NCBI RefSeq assembly: GCF_001194135.2
Contig: NC_068986.1
Location: forward strand, 24,109,909-24,144,863
Direction of reading: 5' to 3'
Length of the DNA stretch: 34,955 bases
Source of the DNA: Octopus bimaculoides
Taxonomy: Eukaryota
In this document: positions 11,061 to 23,166 of the stretch, piece by piece
Numbering within the stretch: position 1 is the first letter of the stretch
Layout of the letters: every line of letters begins with the position of its first letter
The notes under the pieces: model-generated
Databases searched by the model: none
Told to the model about the DNA's origin: nothing
Seen by the model: only the letters and a program-made list of their open reading frames with translations
Translations under genes and position numbers: made by a program

Positions 11061-12576
11061 AGTGGGAAAATAAGTTTGACACTTCTCTTCACTATCAATG
11101 AATCCTTATTACCAATAACAGAAGGAAAATGTCAACTGTTCCAATTAATTACAAATATTTGAAAGTGTATTGTTTCTTCAGCATACTAATGGGAATTTTA
11201 AAGTATCTTCTGTTTCGATGCTTCGCTATTTGAATGAAAAAGTTAATGTTTAAGCAATATTTCTTATGTCATCTGCGTGTAGGTGTACTATCACATATGA
11301 ATAGTGTTTATGTTCTTGTAGCTAATTTTCCATATTGTGCAGATGAAAATTGACAGTAAAGTAATTAGTATTTAGTGTGAAATGCTGTTTTTTCTTCAAA
11401 TGTAAATTGGCAAAAATTTAGCATCGCATTTTTTTTTCACATTGAGATCTCATGTGAATAGCCATATTATAATAGGGCGTCTCTAACTTAATATCGAATT
11501 AGGCTACTATTACTAATTCTATTACACCTCAAATCAAATTAAATTCCACTGTTATACATATATTATGAACGTTTAGTATCTCACACTTATGTGTTCTCAT
11601 TATTGATTGTCAGCCGTCTACTGAATAATATTACTCAGTCAGGTAGCAGCAAATCTGAATTTTCGTTCTAGTAAATTCTAATTTCGTTTGCACAATTGTA
11701 GTTTCAGTAGATATTCATGTTCCACATATGAATAATTTTCGGTCAAGCTGATATTCTATTCATCGATGCAGACAGTGAATTATCTCAATCTTAGATACGA
11801 TATTATTCGAGTAATAACACCCCATTTATTGAAAAGAAAATTAATATCAATTTAAAGATGATTATAAAGTTTTAAATAATATTTATTGCTCTGGATATTA
11901 CCGAATGATTATCATAGAATTTACAATGGCATGACCCTGTCAAAAGACTTTCGCGATGTTTCAAGTATTATTGTAATAATGGTCTTTGCAGTACTGTTTC
12001 GGATGCTACAAAATAATATAATGCCAAAATCAATACATTTTTCTACTAAGGTAAATAATTCAGGAAACTCTAAAGCTTTCTAAACCTACAGTATTCAAGA
12101 AGCTCCTATAAAATCGTACTGAAGTCGTATACACTTATATAACTTTCTATCCTAAGTGACCCTTGTGGTAATTTGTTGCTGAACAAAATATATGAACCTT
12201 TATTTCGATTATCAGAAGGCACCGACTTAACCCAGTAGCGTTGTTCAATTATGTGAATTATTGTGATTTTCTCTCAATAATAGAAATATATTCTGTTCGA
12301 ATATCTAAGCCGATTCACATTTGGAAGTTGTTGTTTCTCGTTGTTGTTGTTGTTGAAACGATTATCGGTAAGTTTTGGAGTGTACATAAGCACATATAAT
12401 TTGGGAGGCGGGTATCACTTGACCTACTGTTTCAAAGAAATTGATTGAGCAGATAACGTCTTCATTGTTGCTTTGAATTTTATTTATCTGAGCCAATTCT
12501 ATTTTCTAACTAAACATTCCACTCTTTATTCTAGTAACAATCGAATTTATTCTATGGTCAGGTAAATGTGTTCGTA

Positions 12577-13767
12577 TTGGGTTGTCTGGAAAGTTCATGC
12601 CAATTTTTGAGGAAAATTAAGACAAAACAAAATTATGCTATTAAATATTTATTCAACTAAATACAAACCATTTTGTTGCACAACCTTTCTCCATCTTTCC
12701 TTCACCTTAAAGATTCTGTCTTCCCTGAATTTCGGTGGTTTCTTGGCAAAGAACTCATTAAGGTGGTTTTCTTTATGTCCTCCAAAGAATTTAAATTTTT
12801 ACCATTGAGATTATTTCGCAAGGACCTGAATAAATGAAAATCCGAAGGAGCAATGTCTGGGGAATATGGCGGGTGGGTAACATATCCCAACCAAGCTGCA
12901 ACAATGTTTGACGGATCGCCAAAAAATGTGAGGTCTGGCATTAACCTGATGGAAAGACACCTTTCCCGTTCGCCAATTCTGGGTATTTTCCGTGAATTAC
13001 TGCCTTTAAATCGTCTAGTTGCGAGCAGTACTCCTCAGAATTTATTGACTGGTTACTTAGCAGAAACTCATAGTACAGGATTCATTTCCAATCCCACCAG
13101 ATACAGAATATGACTTTCTTGGGATGAAGACAATTTCCTTCAAAAAGGGTACATTTTCATTGTGCTTATACCGCAAATCACAAATAGAAATGCGATCCAA
13201 AAGATTCCTTTCACTCACACCAGGTAGTACCCAAACATCGTAGCGATTTGAGTACTCAAGCTTCACTAAGTGCTTATCGATGGTGGATTTTGATAAATTT
13301 AGTGTTTCTGCCTATCCGTGGGTTCTGTAATGCTGGTTATTCTCAATCAATGTTTTTATTTATTTGGTCGTCATCTGAAGAGGGATGAGGGTCTGTCTGA
13401 GCGTTCGTCATCAATAAGGCTACAATCACCAACTCTAAATCTAGCGAACCACTCTCGTACAGTTCTGTCATCTAAAACACGTTCACCGTACCCAGCACAT
13501 AACTTTTTTGTTGCTTGCGAGGCAATTTTGCCTTTACGTTAATTAAAAACCATCAAGTGCCTAAAATGCACCTTATAATCTTCCATTTTCATAGGGATGC
13601 AAAATTGACACGAATGAAGTAATTTTACACTTTCTTTCTCAACCGATAGTTTGAAGTGTGTGCTAACTGGAAATGTAAGCATATTATATACGTCGAGAAT
13701 TTTGACGTGTTCTAACGTGTTGGAATATGAACGACTAAAAATCGGCATGAAGTTCTGAACAACCCAA
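12577..13767 (-). mobile_element. Near full-length defective mariner (D34D) with both TIRs and TA target duplication
   Basis: TA 12575-76 + TTGGGTTGTCTGGAAAGTTCATGCCAATTTTT; the right end AAAAATCGGCATGAAGTTCTGAACAACCCAA + TA 13768-69 is its inverted counterpart. Translation gives MEDYKVHFRHLMVF, FLKEIV, LHPKKVIFCIWWDWK and HPPYSPDIAPSDFHLFRSL, with stops, frameshifts and an internal deletion. Confidence 0.95.
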
Positions 13768-15033
13768 TAGTTAAAACATTGATGTTTTGCTTACTTACTT
13801 CATTGTACATCGTGGATAGCGCATGTGACGGATTTCCAGCTCGTTTTTCTGTAAATAACATACTTGGCATCATTATATATTGTTCAATACCAATGTTGAT
13901 TTATATAAAATTAATGAAGTTAATTTGATTATTATCTCGACATTTTCCATCGCGATAATAACCAATTTTGGCATATATTTTCTCCAGATGGCAACGGAGG
14001 CCTATACATGTGGATAAGATTACTTGATGATTCTATTAATAAACTACTCGGATTTATTCACGTGAAGTTTGTTCTATAGCATTGTGTATCTAATGATTTT
14101 AAACTAAGATTCCAAAAGAGAAAACTAATTAAACAGAAAATACGCCGAAACGCTAAGTAATATATTATGCGTGTTCAGCAATCCAAATATGATAACGGCT
14201 GAATAAATACTGGCTTACATAGAAATTTGGAAAAGGATTGACATGGAATTATATAAGGAATTTATACGGATTAAATAACGTTGTAACAACTATTAGAAAA
14301 AGACAACTGACTACTGAAAAACAGTGGATATCAGATATCAGTAATAATTATAATTCTGCGTCATTGTGGAATGCTTATATCTCTTTCAAATGCAAAAATA
14401 ATCAAATTATATAAGTCAAACGTTTGTAATTACTTAGAGGAAAATGAAAATCGTGTGATGAAATACCTGGTTAACTGAGGTGATCTTATCCACAGAGATT
14501 TACATACAACATTTTTATTTAATATTGATCGCGTTTCAAAGAACATTTGACTTTAATTCTAAAAGAATTAACGAAGTAGTATATTGATTCAATAGGTTAA
14601 TACAATACAGTTAATTGAATGGCTTTTTGACTTACATAGAAAAGCAACAGTATATGTTCATTTAAGAAGTAATTATTCACGATATCTCCTTTTCTTCTCT
14701 ATCTGTCTAACTTGTTTTCTCTTTTTCTCTCTCTTTCACCATCCGTGTCTTTCTTTCTTGTTTACAGATATACACAGCATGTTGTAGATGTCTTCCAAAG
14801 TGTATTTAATCCTCAGACATGTTAAACCTGCCCGGAAAACGAAGAGTTTCCTTTTGATGACCTCTAGCACGGGTTATTCTTAAACCTATGCATGAACGCA
14901 TTTCTCGTGTATTAATGGCAAATTAAATTACATGATACTCCTGAGACACATGGCCCTGGAAACAATCGTCAATTGATCACACTACACCAGTTTCTATGGA
15001 ATGATTTGAGTGACTAATTACTGTCAAAGTTGA

Positions 15034-15066
15034 ATAACAACAACAACAACAACAACAACAACTATA

Positions 15067-15132
<66 letters not shown>

Positions 15133-15146
15133 TTAATAATAATAAT
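15034..15146. repeat. (AAC)n/(AAT)n microsatellite
   Basis: Direct inspection. Confidence 0.95.
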
Positions 15147-16325
15147 ATCTCTGCGCTGAATAATAACATGGATGTGCTACACGGGGTTCTCCATTCAAAA
15201 ACAAATCCAATCTAATAACATCGGTGGAATGGGATAAAGGAACCTGTGGAAGACTTGAAAGAAGCAACCTTTTAATGAAAATAATCACAAAAACGAAATT
15301 TTACTGTTATACAATGCACAGTTTCTCCCTTGCACGAAACATATGCGAAACACAGATGCGAAATTAACATCGGAAAGTTTACAAATTATAAAATATAAGT
15401 GGAACAACGCAGTAAGTGCGTAACTTGGTTAGTTACGCACACACTCGATTGTCTACACAATCATATATACATTTTAATACACATAGGACTACACATACAA
15501 CCCAGTGTTTACACGAGTACGTGAAATTTACAGGAAACACATATACGTATATGAAAGCACGTGTCACAAACGAAGCCAAAAAATAATAAATCAATTTTTT
15601 AAGTTTTATTTTTCGAATTAACACAGACAGAATGAACAATTCATAAGTTTAAAACCACCACAATCAGTAAGGGATAAAGGGAATGAAATTGCAGTTAAGG
15701 AAGATACTACAGAGCAAATAATTATAAACCAACACTGATGAACATGCAGTACTGATACAAAGAGTCAATGTAAATGATAAGAAAAGTGAAACACTCTCTG
15801 AACCAACCATAAACACCAAGGTAGATGAAAATGAAATAGATGAAGAAAGTCACACAGAAATTAACCCAACTGAACTAGATGAGCTAAAAAAAATCAAATC
15901 ATGATTGAATAGCAGAAAATTCAAGAAACCAATATGAATGAACGTGACACTCTCTCAAAAATTCGCAATTCTAACCACAACCTGAAAGTAATTGGTAAAT
16001 TCCGCCTTGCATATGAGGATATAATTTCAGTTAATGATGTTGATATTACAGATCACAACCATCTGTACTATGCATCGGCGAAGATGTGGTGAAAAAAATG
16101 AGAAAACGACAACATTCTCACGAAATCCTAATTGGCAAGAGCGTATTCAATACCAAATTCCGCTACTTAGGTCTGACATAGAATGTTTCACAAATCTTAT
16201 ATTTGACCCAACTATCAAAGCAATAAAAATCCGAAAATTAAAGAAATAATATGATGTAAAAACCATACTGGACATCGATACCACCATAGAAACTTTCAAG
16301 CAAAAGGTATGTGGTAAAGTTGCCT
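15147..16325 (+). mobile_element. Degraded 5' part of an R4/Dong-like LINE ORF
   Basis: Broken reading IQETNMNERDTLSKIRN...DITDHNHLYYASA...PNWQERIQYQIPLLRSDI...RKLKK*Y...IETFKQK resembles the pre-RT N-terminal region of R4/Dong ORFs. It starts at an (AAT)n array. The 5' boundary is uncertain. Confidence 0.6.
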
Positions 16326-16327
16326 GA

Positions 16328-16856
16328 TGTAGTACCAGGCAGTGGCTTTCATGGCTTCTCAACTTAACTGATTGGAAGTGTTATCATGAATATTGTTTTG
16401 TATAGGTATAAAAGATGGGCTACAGCAAATATTCTGCTCAATACCACAGATTCGCTTGTCAGTTGTTTGACCATAACCAGTTGAGCATGACCCTTGGTGG
16501 CTGACGATATGTGCATCTCTGATCATGAGCAGAAGTAGTGGGGGAGCATCATTGCTATATGTTGAAAGGAAGTCTTTGGGGTTTGGACAATTCACCGCTG
16601 GAAACACGGGTGTTTAGCTCTTATTCAGTGACCTTTTGAGTGGGATGGACTACCTGACCTGAAGAAAATTCTAACTGGGCCCCACCTGCAAGGTCATGCG
16701 CTGTTTATCTTGATATGAGATCACCATGTCGAGCACATATGGTTGTGATGCATGTGCCTGGTGTACCCCTATCAGACGGGTAGTCATGATAGGCATACTG
16801 GGCTTCGTATATTTTACCTCAGTGTCACTTTGATGACATGCACAGCTCTCTCACTC

Positions 16857-16932
<76 letters not shown>
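16328..16932 (+). mobile_element. AAT-tailed retroposon 3' end (probable 5'-truncated LINE 3' UTR), tail 16857-16932
   Basis: Abrupt compositional switch at 16328 truncates the Dong ORF; ends ...CTCTCTCACTC(AAT)n. I recall this as an abundant Octopus repeat; the family is not determined. Confidence 0.6.
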
Positions 16933-16933
<1 letters not shown>

Positions 16934-17597
16934 GACCAGAGCCTCCCCACCAGAAATTACCAAAAACACATAATGNNNNNNNNNNNNNNNNNNNNNNNNN
17001 NNNNNNNNNNNNNNNNNNNNNNNNNNNNNNNNNNNNNNNNNNNNNNNNNNNNNNNNNNNNNNNNNNNNNNNNNNNNNNNNNNNNNNNNNNNNNNNNNNNN
17101 NNNNNNNNNNNNNNNNNNNNNNNNNNNNNNNNNNNNNNNNNNNNNNNNNNNNNNNNNNNNNNNNNNNNNNNNNNNNNNNNNNNNNNNNNNNNNNNNNNNN
17201 NNNNNNNNNNNNNNNNNNNNNNNNNNNNNNNNNNNNNNNNNNNNNNNNNNNNNNNNNNNNNNNNNNNNNNNNNNNNNNNNNNNNNNNNNNNNNNNNNNNN
17301 NNNAATCTAAAAACAGAAACAATTCCTATCATAGTAGGTGCCTTAGGTATAATAAAAAAATATTCAGACAAATACATAACAAAAACACCAGGACTTACAA
17401 ATATATATAACATACAGAAAATTGCACTACTGGGTACTGCACACATTCTACGCAAAACACTTTCAATACAGTAAACATAAGAGCACCACAGCAAACCACA
17501 GCACATACCCAAGGCGCACAGAGCTGCGCTCGGTAGTGAAGTGAAAGCACGTTATAAAAATAAAACTACTGAACAATAATAATAATAATAATAATTA
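16933..17597 (+). mobile_element. Young 5'-truncated R4/Dong-like LINE, spanning gap 16976-17303, inside (AAT)n
   Basis: Open frame 17304-17474, NLKTETIPIIVGALGIIKK...IQKIALLGTAHILRKTLSIQ*, is the restriction-like endonuclease C-terminus; short 3' UTR; (AAT)n on both sides. Confidence 0.85.
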
Positions 17598-17682
17598 TAA
17601 ATTTTGGCACAAGGGCAGCAATTTTAGGGGATAGGATGAGTCGATTGCATCAACCCCAGTGTCAACTGGTATTTATTTTATC
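17598..17682 (-). mobile_element. SINE 3' fragment
   Basis: Reverse complement matches the TACCAGT...ACTGGGG/AGTCGATG...CCCTTGTG(C/G)CAAAATTT tail of the SINE at 10135-10210. Confidence 0.7.
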
Positions 17683-17694
17683 CGTTGACGTGTA

Positions 17695-18015
17695 ATGTCT
17701 TATTGAATAAGAGAAACAAATACTGTCAAATCATTGATGTAGCCATACCAAATGCCATGAATGTTGTGAGTAAAGAGGTTAAAAATATCGCCAAGTACTC
17801 CGAATTGAAAGTGGAAATGGCAAGATTGTATGGAATGCGAATGGGTAATGTAAAAGTGATACCAGTGGTGATCAGAGCGCTTGAAAGTTCGAAACTTCTT
17901 AAGGTAACTGGAAATCTCATGCAAGAATGAGGTCTTGCAAAAAAGCAGCCTTATTGGGCACAGCGCACATTTTAAGGAAAGTATTATCTGTCTGAGGTCT
18001 TTGTTGTGACTTGCA
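17695..18015 (+). mobile_element. Older R4/Dong-like LINE 3' fragment (REL endonuclease region)
   Basis: KRNKYCQIIDVAIPNAMNVVSKEVKNIAKYSELKVEMARLYGM...VIPVVI resembles the REL motif IIDVAIP..RV.EKE.EK..KY..LK.E...LW...VIPVVIG; GCACAGCGCACATTTTAAGGAAAGTA corresponds to GTAHILRKV. Confidence 0.8.
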
Positions 18016-18062
18016 TTTTTACTTACTCTGAGGACTGGATGTTAAAACTTGTCTCAAAAATG

Positions 18063-18347
18063 TCAGCCACTTACATTAATTACTACTTTCCCAGGTGGGT
18101 GATGGACTACAGTCTTTATTCTCTGACCTTTGAGTTTCATAAACTTCTTAATCTCGCGTGTCTTCACCATTTTAAATTCTTTCATATACGACTTTTCCAG
18201 ATCTTGTTGCATTCTCTTTCTATTATCATCTCTGGTCATTTTTCTAAGTATTGAAGATAGCCTCTCTTTGATTTCTTTATTTACTGATGTTCTTTTTCCA
18301 ACGGAGTGCAGATATGAGCAGCATGTGGGAACCGGTATTAAGGAAGG
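18063..18347 (-). mobile_element. Probable Penelope-like ORF N-terminal fragment
   Basis: Stop-free minus frame of about 94 codons: ...VNKEIKERLSSILRK...DLEKSYMKEFKMVKTREIKKFMKLK...GKVVINVSG*. It resembles the PLE pre-RT pattern K.RQ.KKF.KL...VINLS. Confidence 0.5.
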
Positions 18348-18399
18348 TTAAAAAAATATTAGATTTATAAACCCTAAAATTCACTCCATAATTGCCCAC

Positions 18400-18678
18400 G
18401 GGCATATGGCGTAGAGGTTAAGAACGCGGTCTACTAACCCCAAGATTCCGAGTTCGATTCCAAGCAGTGACCTGAACAACAATAATAATAATAATAATCA
18501 CAACATCGAATAATGTCTTAGGAATGAGAATCCAGATTCGATATTTCCCCAAGACACCTGAAGAAGGCTGGAGGGTATATCGGCCGAAACGTTGTGTTAA
18601 CAACAAACAAGATGAGGAAAAATATCCGTCGAATGTAAATAATGTAAATAATGTACATAATTCCTCATCTCTTAAATA
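18400..18678 (+). mobile_element. Composite SINE: tRNA-like head + (AAT)n + PLE-pLTR-derived tail with hammerhead
   Basis: A box TGGCGTAGAGG 18407-18417; B box GAGTTCGATTCC 18450-18461; (AAT)n about 18481-18498; 18560-18678 is highly similar to the pLTR copies at 10312-10430 and 10520-10650. Confidence 0.75.
18553..18598 (+). ncRNA. Minimal type I hammerhead ribozyme motif with palindromic stem III
   Basis: Stem I GACAC 18553-57 / GTGTT 18594-98; core CTGAAGA 18558-64; extra A; stem II GGCTG 18566-70 / CGGCC 18581-85; GAAAC 18586-90; GT+T cleavage triplet 18591-93; AACGTT is self-complementary. Confidence 0.7.
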
Positions 18679-20272
18679 GCTAGCATATCGATCTTTTTAG
18701 CCGTTATATTTGTTATATGTTATATTTGATTTTAATCATGGTTCATATTAAATGATTGGAGTTTAGATATTGAGAAGTAATAACCAATGTGAAATTTGAT
18801 GATCATTTTATCCTGTTCGTACTTCTAAGGTAAACTACGAGGAAAGAAAAAATAGTTCAAAACACATATTTATAAAATAAGACAAGGTTTGATGCAATGT
18901 TTCAAAGTCACTCATGACATTTCGCTGACAATTTTCCTCTTATAGTAGAGAAAACGAATTCGCTGATATACTATTATTTCAAAGGAAATTCTGTCCTGTG
19001 CAAAGATTTCACTTATGTCTCGACTAGGTTTGTCAAACTTCATTTTTTATAGATATAATTTCGAATAATCGTTTTCACAGCACTAAAGAGCTTCATACAC
19101 AATCTATAACATCATACAATTACTGTCTTTTCTTTAGAAACTTTACTTTTTCATTCATTGATATTGTTCTTAGTATCATCGTAGAATTTTTGTAATTGTT
19201 GTTATTATGTTTTCTTCAACATACAAGAACAAGAAAATCAATAGCCAGTATAATTAATTTTCGAACATTGATATTTAGCTATTACGCCACATCATATTAA
19301 CAGTCGATGGACATCAGTTATCGACTAGATTTCACCTATAACCAAAGAATCTTTCTGAATGTAAATATAACAAAAATAACAACAAACACCATTTTTATCT
19401 GTGGATTTTCTAAGCATCGTTTATTTCAGACACCACGAAACATTGTTTTAATGCAATTTAACATTATCTAAAGATTAATAGCTGCCATGGTGCTGCTAAT
19501 AGTCTAGAATGAAAATCAAAGTTGAAGGGGTTAATTTATGTGTGACTATAAAAAATATTAAAATAAATTGTCTAGAAGACTACCATGTATATATGATAGT
19601 TCTCTCAAAACGTATAACTAGAGTGTTTAATTTAATATCCGTGACTACTTTAACATACTTACCCGGTTGACTGGTGCCTTTCAACGGAGTCCATTCTCTT
19701 GCAAGCAGACGACCCATGATTCCGTTCTAAGAATGTCTTCTCTCCACTAATTTTGAATGTTCTAAAAGATAACGCCTTCATGGAGTTAACCATAACAGGA
19801 GTATAAGATGTGCTTTTTTCCATCAATTTCCATTGATTACATATTCAGTTCCTAGTGGTAAAAAATAATCCATCGCAAACATTTTACCTGAAGTTCATTT
19901 GCAATATAATGATATACATTTTCACTCTCGGGGCGAGTAGCTATTTGCATGAAAGTCAATGGAATGAAATCTTGAAATGAAGATGTAGTTGCTGCGATAG
20001 TTCATCCCAACAATGCAGTGGAATGCGCTATGATCTGAGGCAGAAGAATAGATATATTTCATTTTGCGCTTAATCTGAGCATATCATGGCGGTATAACTT
20101 GTTGAAAGAACTTATTTACCGAACTAACTACATGAGCATTTAGACGTATATAGAGCCTTATTGAAATATTCACTATATATACATCATTCGTACTCAAAAT
20201 GGCGGCGACTTGTTCGAATCATTAACACAATGAACAAAATGCTTAGTGCCTTTTCTTCCTGCTATACATTCC

Positions 20273-20273
20273 C

Positions 20274-20325
<52 letters not shown>
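20273..20325. repeat. (TA)n microsatellite
   Basis: Direct inspection. Confidence 0.95.
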
Positions 20326-20328
<3 letters not shown>

Positions 20329-21209
20329 TATGTACTTGTATATATGCATATACAAACATACATGCAAAAATACCCTGTTGATGTTGAAATTCCGATGAAG
20401 GAGCCTCGGCTCTAGGTTAGAAACCGGCTCTTTCCCTATTGGCAAGAAATCTTGAAATAAAACTGAATAATGAGATACATACAAACACGCACAGGTACAC
20501 ACACACATGTATGTTGATATATAAATGTACTGATTGTTACCTCGACTTAAGAAATGACGTCATGGATATTATAATGTATAAGATTGAGTATTGTTACATC
20601 CACCATAGGTGCAAAGTTAACAAAGTTAGTGAAGTCAGTAGTAGCCTGTGTGTTGTAAGTATACCTGTTATATATGTTTATACACTTTTATATTACTGGT
20701 AGTATTTAAATTATATGACAGATACTATCTCTTGGATTATTTAACCGCTTCAATAATACTTTATTCTTAAATATAAAGATCTCCAACGTGAACTAAATCT
20801 GAGATTTTTGGTTACGTAGCTGTCTATACAACTTGGTTATATGTGGTCTGCAAGTATGTGTGTACAATATAAAAAATTCTATGATGTTATTTGGAATATA
20901 TAGAAATTTGTAAAGAATTTTTTTTCGTCTTTCCAGAGCATGACGTGTGTCATATCTCGTTTATTTTATAAATATGCTGACATCAGCTAAGCTGTAGTTC
21001 TCTTACTAATATTCTCACGTAGATGTTTTGAGAAAACATTGAAAGTTTTTAGTGATAAAATAGGTTCTTATATTAAAAAGACGGTGCTGTAAGGAAATTC
21101 CAGTACTATATATGAAATTTATACGGAAGGCATTAAAAAATACAAAAAAAACTACAGGCTTGAATTTCAAATGCGGTATTGTATAAGAAGTTTATATATA
21201 AACTTGTGT

Positions 21210-21286
21210 GTACATACATACATACATACATACATATATACAAACTTCCATCCATCTATTTATCCATCCATCCATCCCTACGTACA

Positions 21287-21320
<34 letters not shown>

Positions 21321-21350
21321 CACTTAAACATACATACTTATATACATACA
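21210..21350. repeat. (TACA)n/(TCCA)n microsatellite
   Basis: Direct inspection. Confidence 0.9.
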
Positions 21351-21710
21351 TATAGAATGTTCGGGATAGATTTAAGAAATTTTATTTCCCTTTTATCAGG
21401 GACAGCTTCATTAAATTTGCAGTTGAGGAAAATTAAAGAGAGATAGAGAAACAGAGAAAGAAAAGTGAGAGATAACTTTGAGTTCCTGATTTGATTAATT
21501 CTTAACCAAATCATTAAATTAAATGTATTCGTAATTTATCTCAAATCAAAACAATTTTAAAAAGTATACATTATACGTTCTGATATGAAGAGGATTAGGA
21601 AACAATGCTAATGAACCATTGCTGAAATTAAAATTATTAGCAATTAATAAAAGTTAAAAACCTGTTGATTATAAATCTGCAATATCGAAATTATATAGAA
21701 ATAAAACATA

Positions 21711-21929
21711 TGAGAGAAGGAGAGTCTGAAATGTTCCCGGCTTTAGGTAAAAGAAAATACAAGATTTTAAGTATGATTTTATTCACCATGATCTCCTCTC
21801 AAAGTCACACTTAATTCTGCAGTCCTTCAGTTTTTCTATGTTCTATAAAAGGAGTCTGAAGTTTAGGCCTCCAACCAGACATACCGCTCTCGATACCATG
21901 AAAGCCAGAAACTTTTCAGCATCCCCTCA
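21711..21929. mobile_element. Mariner-type MITE (about 220 bp)
   Basis: TA-flanked imperfect TIRs: TGAGAG...GTCTGAAATGTTCCCGGCTTT vs the reverse complement of AAAGCCAGAAACTTTTCAGCATCCCCTCA; no ORF. Confidence 0.7.
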
Positions 21930-22071
21930 TATATACATGTTGCGCATTGTTTCGGAACGCTATCGTACATAATCTGATCCAGCGTGTACACACATTCGTA
22001 TGTATTTTCAGTTTTAACAAAACACACGATATTCGTATCACATTACAACACTCTCTTTTACTTCAACTTGT

Positions 22072-22443
22072 CTCTGTCATTAAACTGCAACCATGTTAGG
22101 GGCACCCTCTTGAAGAATTTTAGTTGGACTATCCTCACACCCTGGTATTTATAATTTTATAAAACCCGGTACTTATTCGATCGGTCTCTTTTCCAAATTG
22201 CTAAGGTACGAGAACTTAAACCCACCAACACCAGTTGTCAGTAGTGGCGGAGGTCAAATTCAAACACAAAGACACACACATATACGTCAGGCTTCTTTCA
22301 GTTTCCATATATGACAGCTCCTCACAAGGCTTTGATCAGCTCGTGGTTTTGTTTAGAAGAACACATGTCACTGTTACTATACATTGGGACTGAACCTGGA
22401 AGCATGTGTTTGAGACGCAATTATCATACTACACAGCTATGCC
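22072..22443 (-). mobile_element. tRNA-derived SINE, uninterrupted relative of the SINE split by the Tx1 element
   Basis: Reverse complement GGCATAGCTGTGTAG...CACATGCTTCCAGGTTCAGTCCCA...CAAAGCCTTGTGAG...GGAAACTGAAAGAAGCC aligns with 26062-26170. Confidence 0.75.
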
Positions 22444-23166
22444 AAAAAAAAAAGTGATTATACAAAAATGAAAATTACTAGTTCTTCACAAATACAAAAT
22501 GATATCTAAAACAGCCAGAACTAATAAAGATCTTTGAATATTTGCGACGAAGTTTGGTAATAAGTTTATAGATTTAACAGACTTGAAAATAGATCTCACA
22601 TCGTAAAAATATTGTTGGAGGCTAATTTATTGGAAAATTTCGCGATCCAGATATGCGATTGCATAACATCCTGGTCAACAAATTTGAGTATATTTTAGCT
22701 ATTTAGGTATTTATGCAGTCCTCTCGGACATGAAAGAGCTACAGAAAACTTCGAGTAAGATAATGTTTGAATTTTCTACAGAGAATTATCTGAAATTTGC
22801 AAGAATCAAAACCTCGTTAGACAAGAAACTGAACTTTTAGATGGTGATTCCATATGATCAGGTTAGATGCAAAATTCTTGGTTTGGTAGAACATTTAAAC
22901 TATAATTGGAATTTCAAAGAATCTCAGAAAAGGGAAAAACCTTTTGAATCAATACAGATGAAACGGTAATATATTTTCAGCCAATATAGTGATCATTGAA
23001 ATTTAAAACAGTGATTTACTGCAACAAATGCCTTTGAAGATGTCATATACTTTTATTTGAATATTTAATAGCATTTCTTTGTCTCCCTGCTTGCAAAATG
23101 GAGTAATTTCCAAATTAACAAGGAAAAGAAATCCAGTGGCATATATATATATCACTCGAGGGACAC

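Noticed and set aside
15735-15760. CTGATGA and several CTGAAGA words elsewhere (e.g. 497, 13376, 16660)
   Set aside because: No stem II followed by GAAA; they lie inside transposon coding remnants.
8500-18470. tRNA gene calls for A/B-box segments (8503, 9880, 18407 and similar)
   Set aside because: No complete cloverleaf or T-run terminator; each continues into a SINE body.
3934-22830. Other plus-strand exon-like segments (about 3934-4060, 5819-5958, 6190-6234, 11992-12050, 14768 onward, 22722-22757)
   Set aside because: Short open frames with plausible AG/GT but no recognisable homology; not distinguishable from chance.
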